IMG/VR virus record: IMGVR_UViG_3300050014_000823
Location: 1-64,000 of that record
Direction: 5' to 3' (one strand)
Length of the DNA: 64,000 bases
The notes beneath the pieces were generated by a model that was not told the origin of the DNA, made no database searches, and saw nothing but the letters and a program-made list of their open reading frames with translations. Below, in pieces: positions 17,918-30,622 of this stretch (position 1 is its first letter; every line of letters begins with the position of its first letter). The position numbers and the translations under genes are program-made.

Positions 17918-20363
17918 TTATACTTTATCAAATTTTTTATGTAAACGGTTTTCGAGATACTTTCTCAAGCCGGGATGCTTCTTAACTATGGCTTCCATGC
18001 CATAATACTTGTCAATACTTTCAATGTCAAAATGGTCAAGTAGGTCGGGATGATGCATTATAATTGTTGACATATCGTCATAATCAAGTCTGCTAACATC
18101 AAAATATTTTATTAACGAAGGTTGTCTGACAAGTACTTCCATCGTAAGCATACTATTGAAATTCAAATCATCTATGTAATCTGTCAGTGCAGGTGCTGCT
18201 TGCGGACTTTTCATCAGTAAAGCTGCTGTTTGGGAATCATCCAAATGTAAACCCATGCCAGGAATAATCATGTTATTATTAGCCATGTAAGCAAGTTCCC
18301 ATGTTCTTAGCACATAATCATAGGACTCCCGCATCGCAATCTGACGTTTACGAAAATAAGTATCAACCAATTGTTTCTGTGACTTGTCCATTATTCAAGT
18401 GTTACGTTATCTCTCTTAATACTATCCATGTAAGGTTTTAATTCGGGCACATTCATTGCAAGCATTTTAGCTGTAACCTTGTCAATCTTATTCATAAACG
18501 GTTTGAGTTTTTCAGCTAATTCTGGCTGTTTTATAAGTACAATCGCCAAGTCCTCACTATCAAAGCGTCTGACATGCATCATCAAGTCATCAAGTGTTTC
18601 TGGATGAGCAGTGAGAATTTCTATGACATGTGGAGTCATTAAATGCATTATTTGTTCCGGAGTTAATGACTTAATAAGAGTTGGCTGTGCAAGTAATAGT
18701 TTATAAATCGAGTGTTCGTTGAGTTTTAATAAAGGACTTCGTGCATTCTGTTGCATGTACTGTATAAACTCTGGATGAACCTGTAATAATTCTTTTACTC
18801 TACTAACGTTTAATTTTTTCAAATAATACTTCAGAACCGATATTAATGACGGTTCTTTAATAAGTATTTCAGTTATGTCAGAACCATCAAGTTTATTTGG
18901 GTCAACCTTATCATACATTTCATTTTTAAGCATATAGATAGTCTCATAGAGACGATATTTGTATCTCCAGTTATCTCCTTGGCTTTGGGTAATATCCCTT
19001 TTACGCAAGTATGTATCGAGCAATTGCTTCTGTCCTTTATCCATTTCTCTTATACATATAAGGTTTCAATTTATCACGTAATTCTGGTTGGTCGTTAAGA
19101 ATCATTATCAAATCCAAATGGTCAAGTAAATCCAAGTTGAATTTATCTACGAGCGATGGTTGTTTCTCCAAAACCTTTGCAATGTCAATGTGGTCAAACC
19201 TATTCGAACCGAGTTTATCGTATAATGACGGCTGATTTGAAAGTATGTCAGCAATGTCTTTGTGGTCCAATACGCTTAAATCAAACCTATCAACCAATTG
19301 TGGTTGCTTTGAAAGAATTACAGTAATGGGTGTATCACCTAAAACATGTATTCTTTCCGGCTTAAACCTGTCAATTAATTGTGGCTGTACTGATAATAAT
19401 ACCCCAAGTTCAAAATCATTAAGAATATTTGGTCTTTCAAGTTTGTCGAACCACTGCGGAAAATTAATTAGCATACTCACAATCGTTTTACGTGGCAACT
19501 TGTTAATATCTTTAGCACCTATTTTAAGTTCATAGTTTATCTCATAGGGATGAAAATGCATACCACTTCCTTGCTCCGTAGCAATTGCCCTCTTACGAAA
19601 ATAAGTATCAACCAATTGTTTCTGCGCTTTATCCATTACGTTTGAGTTTATTTAAAATAGTTCTTAATTGTGGTCGCATCATTATCAAGTCATCAATATC
19701 CGAACCTTTTAGTTTACTAAGATTTAATTTATCTGCTAATTGTGGTTGTCCTACAAGTATTTCAATCTGCTGTCCGATGTTTAATTTATTCAAGTTAAAA
19801 GAGCCAACAGTACTTGGTTGTTTTACAATAACAGCAACAACTTCATCACCACTTAAATGTGGAAGTACTTTTACAAAGTTTTTGTTTTGTACTAAAGCTG
19901 GTTGTTTCATTAAAACCTGCATAATACTATCTCCATCAAGGTACGGTGCAACCACTTCACTAAAAAATCTTGTATCTGCATAACGTGGTTGCCTTATAAG
20001 TATACCAATTGTAAGGCTTTGAAATATCAGATTTTTTCCTTTACTGACAAAATATAACATTTGTTGTACTATTTCATCATCAGCCAATTCAGGACTTTTA
20101 ACAAAAACTCTCATTTTATCGTCAACATTCATTTTACCAAAATCTTCCCTTGTGAGTTTTGTACGTAGTTCTGGCATATCTGCAACAATTTCAGCAACAT
20201 CTTCTCCGGTAAAACCTTTACGAAGCGCATCGAATTCCACTATGCCAGTCTTTAACGCATAGACTTTCTCATAGGGTTTAAGTTTATAATCATAGCCATG
20301 TGGGGCGGCAATAATTCTCTTACGGAAATATGTATCTACCAGTTGTTTTTGTGACTTGTCCAT
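17918..20363 (-). repeat. array of four paralogous helical-repeat genes (19629-20363, 19037-19636, 18391-19044, 17918-18391)
   Basis: all start MDKxQKQL[VL]DTY[FL]RKRxI and carry I..IL..QP.L repeats. Confidence 0.9.
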
Positions 20364-20477
20364 AGCAATGAATGATAATATTTTTTATAAATACTTTTAA
20401 TCACAGCTAATTTACTTGCATATATAATTTATATGTTATACATTTGCTCAGAAATAATTTTATTTAAAATACTTAAC

Positions 20478-23400
20478 ATGTACGAAGGAACAGCAAACGG
20501 CAACTTTAACAGCAACACTAAAGCATCGGCAGGTGAAATCAAACAAACAGAATCCGAAAGAATATTATTTGCATTAGACCACAAAATCGAAATGCTTGAT
20601 AAAACAGCCTCAAGCATTGTCACTAAAGTAACTTCTTTAGGTGGCTTTGAATTAGTTAAGGGTTCAGCAGACCCAAGTAAAGCCATACAGGGTGGCAACT
20701 TTATTGGTGAATTGGACTTGAGACTCGACAAACTTCAAAGTCTTGTAGAGGCTTATAGTGCAATTTTTTATAATCTCGAAAGACTGGCATAATGCTTGAA
20801 CTACCACTCACCGAACTACAACTTAGGGAAATCACAAAGAACTACCCTGGAATTCGTTATAAGTACGACAAACAGGGTAAGTTCGTTGCCTATGCAAATG
20901 CTTGGACACTAATAATAGATGGATAAAAAGACTCTTAAATTAGAAATACTTGACCCCAAGGGAGAAGAAGTCAGAACACATGGTTTCGATTTTCATTCAT
21001 ATGAAGGAAACAGACTTCGTTTGACCATTGGTGACAATACCTATATTATGGATAAGAACGGCAAGTTAGTCATTCTTACTCAGAAAGAAATCGACCAAGA
21101 GGAACAACGCAAGAAGCCAAGAATAGGTGACATTCTCTATACCGACCCCAAGACGGGCAAAACTCAAACACTATTCGAATCACTGTTTCCAGTATTCACT
21201 GTGTGTTGCAGATACCCCGATATTGTAATTGGCGATAAGGGTTGTTCAGTCCGCATTAATGTTGCTGCCGAGAACGAAGAGAAAGCAGCTTTAACAGCAT
21301 TGGCTAACAAAGCATTTACCAAGCACATAAGAATGACAAATTTCGACATGAAATATCTCGATGTATATAAACCAAGTGGAAATTATGTCATTGGTCAGGT
21401 AAACTATTACGAAGGAGACGAAAGACTATAATGGCAAAAACAATAATTAAAATCGAAGTAGAGGACATAAAGACCTCATTCTTAGGTGAAAACATCGAGT
21501 TAAAGATTGACGACAAACTTTCAATTGTTTTCAGTCGGCAGGCACTTGACGAACTTGTTATTGATTACACAAATCTAAAAGCAGAATAATGGAAAACATT
21601 TTAACTTTAAACGGCAAACGTTACAGACTTGTACCAATCGAAGCAGAATGGGAAATTACATTAATTGGTTTAAATGGCTGTCCTTGTGGTCACAATGGTC
21701 AAGTATTAACACCAAAAAATGCGGGAATTCTTGAAGTCACTCTTGGTAAAGAAACATTCAAGGTTGGTGAAATAATACGGGAAGGCAAAATTTTGGAATT
21801 CCTTTACAACCCAATTACTCATTATGTATTGGCAAGAATAGAAGGCAGTAAGAAACTTGTAGATGTTGATTCACTTAAAAAGTACGTAATGCCAGTTGAA
21901 CTTACAGAGGACGACAAAACTAAATTAGTCAGTCTGAAACAAATATTTCCTGAAGTTTATGACTACTTAAAGGAACAGGAAACTGAAAAGCCTGGCTATC
22001 CTTCAAGAAAAAATGCCGAATTACCATGATATTATACAGAGCGAAACCCGATACATGGTTCAAGGAAGGCACTGTAGCCGAACTAATTGAAAGCATTTAC
22101 ACCAACGAAGGTAAAGAATTCGGAATATTTCGGGGAACATATATTGTCGGTGACACTGGCTATGATAAGTTTTGGCATAATAAGGGTCATAAAGTCGGTG
22201 ATGAAGTCGTGATGAACGAACTCTGTTGCTTTGACGAATTTGAAAAAGAAACGATATGAGCATGATAGAAGGAGTAACCGATAGTCTGCACAAAGAACTT
22301 GTTAAATTAGCAGACATTTTAGAAACTTGTGAGTTAGGCAGTCCGGAGTATAAACAATATTCACGGGAATACCGCAAGGTCGCCAAAACACTATACCCTG
22401 ACATGTATAGAGCCAATGGTCAGAGAAAACCCCGACAGCCATTTATCAGAACACTAAAATCCTGTACATGTGGTTGTAGAGTAATAAGACTCAGACGTGA
22501 TGACAACGGTGTACAATTCAGTTGTAAAGACTGTGATAGAAAATCCGAAGTATGTAAAACACAACCAAAAGCAAGAGATAGTTGGAATAAAACCTTTGAA
22601 GTATGACAATAAAAGAAGATATAAAATCAATGTTTTGGGAACCAGCCATTGACTATGCCAATACTGTAGAACCAATTACTTTTGAAACCGATGAAGAACT
22701 TCCTGCACAACAAGAACGTTGGGACTTAGTTCATAAAGCATATGGTAAAGGTGTTGAAGATGTCATAGACTTTGTTATGGCAAATTACAAACTTAAAGTA
22801 ATTGTCCCTGTGAAGAAAGAAACTGAGGAAGAAACACGTTTGAAACTCCGTGATAGTTTCGAATACCATGACATGTGCGCCAGAGCAACCTTGCATCCAG
22901 GAAAAAGTATTGATGATGTAAAACAAATTCATCTGAACAGAAGAATCGAAGACACATATAAGTTTGTCAACGAAATTCTTCTTAACACTACTCCAATGAA
23001 CACCCCTGAAACCCGCAGATATGTGGTTGATTTAATTCAGAAAAGAATTGAGTATAATGTTATTGTAAGGTGTAACGAAGAAAATAATCCACCTGATGTC
23101 ATTGACCAAAACTTACTTATTGCAGAACTTCTATGGAATGTTCCATATGACAGCAAAGGACCGCAAATGTTAAAATCTGTGTTGGTTTTTGGTAATAAAA
23201 TTGACGTGGAAAATTATAATTTTCAGAATTTTCTCGATAACGAAACATTTAAATTTATACAGAAAGGCATATGAGAATACTTGAAGTAGACCCTAATCTT
23301 AAAGATGCTGACATAATATATAATGCATTTGACAACATCTTTTATTTCCTGGCTGAATACCTGCCAAAGTACTTCCTGCATAGTATTGACTATAATGGCG

Positions 23401-26400
23401 AGATATTGCAGATACCCAAATACATAACTCAAAAACACTACGACAGTCTTGACACAGAAACCAAAGAATTATTCAATGAACTCTGGGACTTAGTAGAAAT
23501 CAACAAATATTGATATGGAAGCTAAAGACACCATTGAACTTAAAGGCAATATGTATCGGTTTATTACTGAACACCAAAGTCGATTTGTTCCAGAGACTTA
23601 CATCGAAGAAATACTCAGCGTCAAAATCAAAGAAGACGATGACGACCACGGACCTATGGGAAAACATTATGTTGTTAAATTAAAACAACGCATGCCAGAC
23701 TTCTCATTTACATCAGGTAACCAATATAAGTCGGTTGAAAGTACTTGTCTTGTGAATGCCCGACAATTCAATCATTTTGTGGGAAAACTTAAAGCAGTAA
23801 TATGGCTATAGAAGGAAAACAGGGTTTAGTTACAATGACAACACCCGTAGAAGTTAAATTAGTGAAAAATAAAGTCAGAATTGAACTTAAAGGACATACT
23901 TTTCACTTGCAATGGAATGCCGATTTCATTGATACCAATGAAATACAGTTGATAAGGGAATTCGTGGAACTTGTTTATAAGGCAGGTTTCAGTGACGGTG
24001 CAAGTAAAGCAATGACTCCGAGTGAACAACGCCAAGATAGAATTGCAGAGATAATTTGTGGCGCATTAAATAATAAAAAATGATAACAATTGACTTAACA
24101 AAAATCAAAAAATACTTCCGGTCATTCAGCATGTATCAACATCCAGATGACTACGAAATGCCCAAAACGACAATTAATGAGGCTGTAAAAAAAGTGTCTG
24201 AGGAAGTTAGTGTATGCTATGTCGAACCCTATCGTCCAGTATATAATGCTCAAGGATTTTCCTGTGCAATGTCAAATCAACCAACATTAACAGGTCAAGA
24301 TAATATTGCAATTGGTCATCAAACATTACACGGTACTTGTGCAGTAAGTTCAATGTCAGATGTATTTCAAGGTTGTACTTCCCTGTGTACAATACCCAAA
24401 GACCTTTTTAATAACATAAACGTACATTCATTATACGAATAATCATGACAATAGAAATTCAATTAAAGGAAAGCAGTTTACCACAAATCTATGAGAATGT
24501 GATAAATGCCTATACAAAAGGACCAGTATACTGTGTACTTTTTGTTAACACTGTGGGAAAACGTGTAACACACAAATACCCGTTAATCTCAATTTTCAGA
24601 ATAATCGAAGATTACCCAGATAGTAAAAAGTAATGTCAGACAAAGCACAAAGAAAAGCAAGTAGAAAAGCAATTCTTGCCAAAAAGCTAAAGGAACAAGA
24701 AATGCTTGAGCATCCAGAGTGGTGCTATTGCGAAGAAATACTTCATAAAGAAGCCGACATTGATATCAACGAACCAATTGGCTGTACAGAACCAATAGAT
24801 GGTTTTCCACGTTGGAATTCCAGTGGATTCACACAAAATATCTATAGGTGTAAACGCTGTGGTAAACAATACGTCATTCCTATGGCATTCGCAGCAACTG
24901 CAGAAGGCTTCGTAGAATTCGTAGAAACAGAACTGGAAATTCAAGAGCAAGCCAGAAAAGAATTAATTACAAAACTACTTGCTGCCGTAAATAATGTCGT
25001 ACATAATGGTCGTATCGGTACTGCTAATTATATCAGTATTCCAGAAAAAAATCTACAGCATATCGCTGACGGACTTGGTGTTACCTTGGAAGAAGCTGCA
25101 GAAATACTCCAGGAATATTTCAAACCTAAACTCAATTAATCATGGGAAGCAGATATACTAAAAGTATTCCGGAGTTCATATACTTCACCGACTGTGGTAA
25201 TGGTTGGTACAGTGGTCCATTCGTAAAGAATCCCTGTAAAGGCAAGAATGCCAATACTGACGGACTAATTATTTGTAAAGTAGTGGTTGTTCCAAAACTC
25301 GTTACAGAAGAAAAAAGTAATTTCTCACCAGAAACTCAACAAAGAATTACTGACTTGGAGAAAAAGGTAAATTGCTCGTAGAAGAACTTAAAAAACTCAA
25401 ATATACCGAAGCACCACAAATAACTGGTAATGTCGAAGAACTACAGAAACTCGAAGCATGGCTGAAGTCTGATGTGGGACGTGAAACAATCAGGCAATCA
25501 CAAATAGATGCAGACAAAGCAATCGAAGCATTAGGCTTGAGAGACATCGACTACGATAAATTACGTGAACCCTTTACAATTTAACTATGGAAAATCTATT
25601 AGAAAGCAAATCCGGTGACATAAATGCAGACAATGCATTTGTTGTCAGATACCAAGCAACAACACACGCATTGGGACAAATGAAAGATAAAACTCTTGAG
25701 AATGCCCAGAACTGGCTGAAAGCCAATGAAGAACGATATAATAATTTAACAAAAAATAATAAATAGCTATGGCAAAATTTTCTTTAATTAATGTCGAACA
25801 AGATTTCGATTTTCACTTCCAGGAAGGTGACCAAATCGTTTTCGAAATGCCACCCTTCTGTAGTGGCGACTATGCTGCAATCGTTAAAAAAGACCCGGAC
25901 TTCGGATTGTTTATAGAGAGCGAAGATAACTATTTTGAAGGTTGCCGGGACTTCGAAGTAATGCGTAATGGTGAAGTAATATGATAATCTTTTTAAGAAA
26001 TCAGAATAACAGGACAATCTTAGATTTAGACTGTTATGTAAAAACCGAATATACTGGTGAACCAACACCAATGAAATTCGTTGAAATCAGTGCGGATGTC
26101 TCAATACTATACTACTCGAAATTCTTACTGGAAAATCTCGACAGACAGGAAGAAATAATTCAGGACTTCTACGACATGTCAGAACTCCGTGGATGGCTGT
26201 GGGAAAGATATTTCATGGGTGGCGATAACGACCCTGAGAAATACGATGACGTAATCAGAGAATTACGGATTATGATTAAAGGCTATGCCAATAAGTATAA
26301 CTTACGTTACGTAGAAGACTGATGACTAATCCACTTAAATCCGAAGAGAGTTTCACTAAATTTGTGAATGGACTCTGCTGTAACGGTTGCAAGTTTCTCG

Positions 26401-26948
26401 TAAATGATGTCTGTACAGAGAAAGATGCAAAGCTGCATGACGTAGACAGGTCATGGCTCGTACAAGATGCAATTAACCAATCCCTGCATGCAACTAATGA
26501 TGAGGCAAAAATCTATCATAAAGAATTTGCCGATAATATCAACAACTACTATCTTTGCGAAGAATTCATAAGTAGAAAACAATAACGAAGTTACGTTGCC
26601 TTTCGATTTATAAAAAATTATAAAAACATGGAAGTAAGAAAAAAAGTAGACACAATTAAAGTAGATTTTAAGTGTCCTAAATGCAACACTGGCTTTTTAA
26701 GACCAACAGGAAGAGTCCTTACAAGCTACCCACCACAATACCCACATAGATGCAATAATCCCGAATGTGATTACAATGAAACATTCAGCGATAAGACTTA
26801 TCCACACTTAGACTATGAATTCGATAACAGTATTCAAATACGTAATGGTAATACAATCGATATAATTCACGGCAAAGGTGACTCAGAATTCTGTACCGAC
26901 AAGAAAGAACCCTTCGATAATTACGCAAGAAGACCATCGGGAAAATAA
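20478..26948 (+). other. run of about 20 short, coupled hypothetical CDS, several with CxxC zinc ribbons
   Basis: host-type promoter TTG-N20-TACATTTG at 20416-20446; stop/start overlaps. Confidence 0.7.
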
Positions 26949-26980
26949 ATCGTAGGGTATTTACTATTGTAAAGTGTCCT

Positions 26981-27838
26981 ATGATTATGAAACGACTTTT
27001 GTTGATATTTATTATCTGCCTATATGCAAATAACATACAATTCGCAGATAATAATTATCTACCACAACAGGTCCGGACAGAATACTCAAACGGCAGTCCA
27101 ACAACACTTGGCATAGACTTATATGTTAATAGCAACCACTGGCAAACAGAGTTTATACAGGAATATCAAAAATTAATACGGGATACTTTATATAACGACA
27201 TTCAGTTCCGTACCGTTAACTTTAAGAAAGAACAAGGACGGAAGTACGACAAAGGTTGGCTTGGCTATACCGTCATTACAAGTATCAGTGCAGAAGTCGT
27301 AATAAATAACATGGAGAAATACCGTGGGGTTGAATTTAGTCCTGTAGACAGCAGTAAATATACCGATGACGATTACTTCCTTAAAGCAACAGTCTACCAT
27401 GAGATAAGTCACTATTATTTCTACCAGTTACAGATTGAAATGACTAAGGTTAGGAATGTTCACGTTGACCAATATTACTTGCAGTCAATGACGATGTTCC
27501 CAAACGTTGAAATGCAATACGGTGCTAAATTCATTGAGGAAGGTTGGTGTGAATATATGATACAAAAATACCGCATATGTCCGACCTTTAAAACTATTCA
27601 CGTTCCTGTGTCAGATAGGGAATTCCAAGACAAAGAATTAATCTATGACATACAGTACAAATACGCCTCAAAGTTTATCCGGGATTTCCTTGACATGTTT
27701 CAAGAACTCGATGGCAGACCTAAAGTCGGATTAATGATTTTACTTAATAACAGACCACCCACATATAAAGAAATCCTAAAGCCTGAGTTATATTACTGCA
27801 GAATTAAGTTAGGTTTACAGCCAAACCCAGAGTATTAG
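26981..27838 (+). CDS. secreted HExxH zinc-metallopeptidase-like protein
   Basis: signal-like MKRLLLIFIICLYA; VYHEISHYY and downstream FIEEG; ends in TAG. Confidence 0.65.
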   Translation: MIMKRLLLIFIICLYANNIQFADNNYLPQQVRTEYSNGSPTTLGIDLYVNSNHWQTEFIQEYQKLIRDTLYNDIQFRTVNFKKEQGRKYDKGWLGYTVITSISAEVVINNMEKYRGVEFSPVDSSKYTDDDYFLKATVYHEISHYYFYQLQIEMTKVRNVHVDQYYLQSMTMFPNVEMQYGAKFIEEGWCEYMIQKYRICPTFKTIHVPVSDREFQDKELIYDIQYKYASKFIRDFLDMFQELDGRPKVGLMILLNNRPPTYKEILKPELYYCRIKLGLQPNPEY

Positions 27839-27862
27839 AGTATTTATGATAAAATATCAACG

Positions 27863-28012
27863 ATGAAAATTAAGTATTTTCCAATCGTATTAGCTGTGAC
27901 ATTTTTTGCCCTACAACTTATTGCCTATTTAACCCAAACACCATTAGTCATCCCTACTGCAATTGTGGCGGGACTAATTTTTTATTCTTTTGCTTTAGTG
28001 CTTCTGCAATAG
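27863..28012 (+). CDS. 49-aa two-TM membrane peptide (absent from ORF track)
   Basis: MKIKYFPIVLAVTFFALQLIAYL...IVAGLIFYSFALVLLQ; GTATTTAT at 27840. Confidence 0.55.
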   Translation: MKIKYFPIVLAVTFFALQLIAYLTQTPLVIPTAIVAGLIFYSFALVLLQ

Positions 28013-28085
28013 CTTTAGGATTTGTTATAATTGCAGTATACAATATGATAAAAGCCTGAGTATTTATAATTTTAATACAAAGACT

Positions 28086-29351
28086 ATGAACTTAGAGTTG
28101 AACAGAAGGTTGCACGAACTATACGACAAAAAGAATAAGCTATACTACCACGGCAGAGAACAGGGTAAAAGACCCTATACTGGCACATACATATTTATAA
28201 CAGATAATATGGGTTATGCTGCAGGGTACTCAGATGGCGATAAACTCTATACCTATACTGTTCCCTTTGGAGAAGATAAGATTTTCAGTATTAAGAACAA
28301 GAAAGACTTATTAGTTTTGCAACAATATGTGAATAATGAAACAATCAACGCTGTTTTACGTGACAGTGGTGCTGGACAAGAAATGGATTGGGCTGCCTTG
28401 TCATATATCAGTACCGATGATTACGAAATGCCAGAAGAATTATTTCAACACGCAGGTTACTTAGCTATAAGACTAAAAGAACGTCAGGGCATAGATAGTC
28501 TATATGTTTTTGACGAAAATGACCTGGACTTTAAAGGTGAGATTGACATCAGTACTCCCGAAAATATAAAGAAGATAGGGGACTTCTACAGGGAATTTAC
28601 AAAAGATAAGAACTTCCTGCAAGAAAGAATTATAAAGGAATTAACACTGTTGGTCGAAGGACAACATGGTACAATAGACAATGGTAACGAACAAGGCAGT
28701 ATTGATAATGGCAATGAAAATGGACATGTAGTTGCAGATGGAGTAGCTGATAAAGCTGCAGAGAAATTATTCAATATACCCGACCCAAATACCGCTATGA
28801 ATAGACAAGCAACATCTGCTATGGGTCAGCAACAAGCAAAAACTCCGAGTCCAAGCGACCCCAAAGGAACACTCGTTGGATTTATAGAAGACAGGTTTAG
28901 TTCACCAATTGGTGGCAATAAGAAAATACCCGGCACAAACATCTATCTTAACCCCAAAAGTTTAGATGAGTTTGAAGCCGATGTTAAAGCCGTCAGCAAT
29001 GACGTAGGCGATATGTTCGTCTCACAGGCAGACGCTGATATCTATCACTCAGATATAGTCAACGCAGTGGATAAACAAGATGTGTATAGGGGTTATATTG
29101 GCAATGCTTATGATGGTCAGGACACTATAACCTGGCATAGAATAAATAAGTCCGATGACTTTGGCTTTAGTGTAAGTTATTTGGACTTTAATAAGAATCC
29201 AGAGAACCACGCACAACGAGATAAACTCATGCAGATAGTCAAACAAAAGAATCCACGTTATAACTTCCTGCCTTTTTATTGGAGAGAGGAATGGAACAGG
29301 AGATACGACAGTGAGAATGACATGAACAACGACAGTTTACAAAATTACTAA
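28086..29351 (+). CDS. two-module protein: ADP-ribosyltransferase-like N-terminus plus domain shared with 13389 protein
   Basis: LYYHG...IFITDN.GYAAGY pattern; internal IIKE; GTATTTAT at 28060. Confidence 0.55.
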   Translation: MNLELNRRLHELYDKKNKLYYHGREQGKRPYTGTYIFITDNMGYAAGYSDGDKLYTYTVPFGEDKIFSIKNKKDLLVLQQYVNNETINAVLRDSGAGQEMDWAALSYISTDDYEMPEELFQHAGYLAIRLKERQGIDSLYVFDENDLDFKGEIDISTPENIKKIGDFYREFTKDKNFLQERIIKELTLLVEGQHGTIDNGNEQGSIDNGNENGHVVADGVADKAAEKLFNIPDPNTAMNRQATSAMGQQQAKTPSPSDPKGTLVGFIEDRFSSPIGGNKKIPGTNIYLNPKSLDEFEADVKAVSNDVGDMFVSQADADIYHSDIVNAVDKQDVYRGYIGNAYDGQDTITWHRINKSDDFGFSVSYLDFNKNPENHAQRDKLMQIVKQKNPRYNFLPFYWREEWNRRYDSENDMNNDSLQNY

Positions 29352-29374
29352 ACAATATTCTAATTCAGTGCTAA

Positions 29375-29818
29375 ATGAATCTCAAGGGTCTTATAAAGGA
29401 AGAAATCAGCGCATATAATAATAGCGTATTCACGGACCTGCCCTTGGAATTATTTCAGAAACTCCGTATGCGAAAGTTCAGTGATGAGGCAAACCGCAGT
29501 CATATGAAACTCTATAAGGCAAAGGATGGCAAAGACTATATTATTTCTAAAGAGATTAATCGTGATGTATTCCGAGTTAGTACTCTTGACGGTGAACAAA
29601 TAGCAGTAGCAGTGTTTGATGACGATAACGCTGGTTATTTCACTGGCTATGAAACATCCCAGAGTATTATGGTACAGCCTGAGTATAGACGTTTAGGACT
29701 TGCTACTGCACTGACGGACTTCGCTGAGACAATCTACGGTAAACCCTACAGACCAACTAAGGTTCTGAGTGAACCTATGCAGGGATTCGTAAAGAATAGG
29801 TTCAATACGACTTCATAA
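29375..29818 (+). CDS. GNAT acetyltransferase-like protein with LIKEE N-terminus
   Basis: VQPEYRRLGLATAL acetyl-CoA binding motif A. Confidence 0.7.
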   Translation: MNLKGLIKEEISAYNNSVFTDLPLELFQKLRMRKFSDEANRSHMKLYKAKDGKDYIISKEINRDVFRVSTLDGEQIAVAVFDDDNAGYFTGYETSQSIMVQPEYRRLGLATALTDFAETIYGKPYRPTKVLSEPMQGFVKNRFNTTS

Positions 29819-29963
29819 TTGTTTTTGCGGACACCTTGTTTTCAGATTTCCAAATTTTTTCTATAAAATTTTTACCCTTTTAAACATTTTGTAACTACCT
29901 GATAATCAGGAAATCCTAAAAATTTTCTGGAATTTTTTTACTATACCGAACTTTGTCGTGTAG

Positions 29964-30030
29964 CACCCCCACCCCCTAAAACGGGGGGTCCGGGGGGGGT
30001 CTGACGGGGGGGGATACGGGGGGAGGGTGG
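29964..30030 (+). repeat. C-tract/G-tract cluster with G-quadruplex potential
   Basis: C5, C5 then G6, G8, G8, G6, G3 in a long intergenic region. Confidence 0.85.
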
Positions 30031-30035
30031 TAGTG

Positions 30036-30053
30036 TAGAATGATTCTAAATAA
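30036..30053. promoter_or_regulatory. Fur-box-like palindrome TAGAATGATTCTAAATAA
   Basis: related copies at 30822, 38050, 42441. Confidence 0.5.
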
Positions 30054-30083
30054 CAGAGGGTGTGTCGTTTGGCACACCCTCTG
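30054..30083. terminator. strong hairpin downstream of the minus-strand gene 30101-30622
   Basis: CAGAGGGTGTGTC-GTTT-GGCACACCCTCTG. Confidence 0.6.
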
Positions 30084-30100
30084 ACTGACTAAGGTTGTAG

Positions 30101-30622
30101 TTAGATAACTACGTAAGTAGTTTTGCGGAATTTCAGCCTCTTAACGTTGTCGATACTTATTTCCCTGTGGTAAATTGCTGTTTCAGTACCCTGATATTTT
30201 GCGGGGTCACTTGCAGGAAAATACTGTTTAATGACTGCTGAAGGAATGAAGTTTAACGCACTGTCAAAATGTAACGCTCTGAAGGTCTGCTGTGCCTTGT
30301 AGGTAAGGTAAAACGTTCCTTTGGTTACATGTGTACTCAAGGCAGTTGAGAGGCGTTTTCCTGCACCTTTCCATAATGGCTGACTGACAAATTCACGTTC
30401 TTTATTTTCACGTTCTAACTGATTGTTAACGCTATTTTCGTAAACATATCCAACCATACCGCCAACGTTTGCAATTTTGGTAACGTTGCCAAATTTTGCT
30501 TTGCCCTCTGCTGTCAGTTTAGGTTCTGTTACATACTGTAAGCTAACAGGCTGTGCGCCAAAATTCCAATTTCTTAACATTTCGATTAATTCTGCTTTGG
30601 TGATGTTTTTCTGATTTTTCAT
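30101..30622 (-). CDS. hypothetical protein
   Basis: 173 aa; minus-strand TGAAAC-N17-CGTATAA promoter at 30671-30700. Confidence 0.75.
   Translation of the reverse strand: MKNQKNITKAELIEMLRNWNFGAQPVSLQYVTEPKLTAEGKAKFGNVTKIANVGGMVGYVYENSVNNQLERENKEREFVSQPLWKGAGKRLSTALSTHVTKGTFYLTYKAQQTFRALHFDSALNFIPSAVIKQYFPASDPAKYQGTETAIYHREISIDNVKRLKFRKTTYVVI

Noticed and set aside
17918-20363. Diversity-generating retroelement
   Set aside because: No reverse transcriptase or adenine-specific TR/VR pair seen; paralogs diverge throughout
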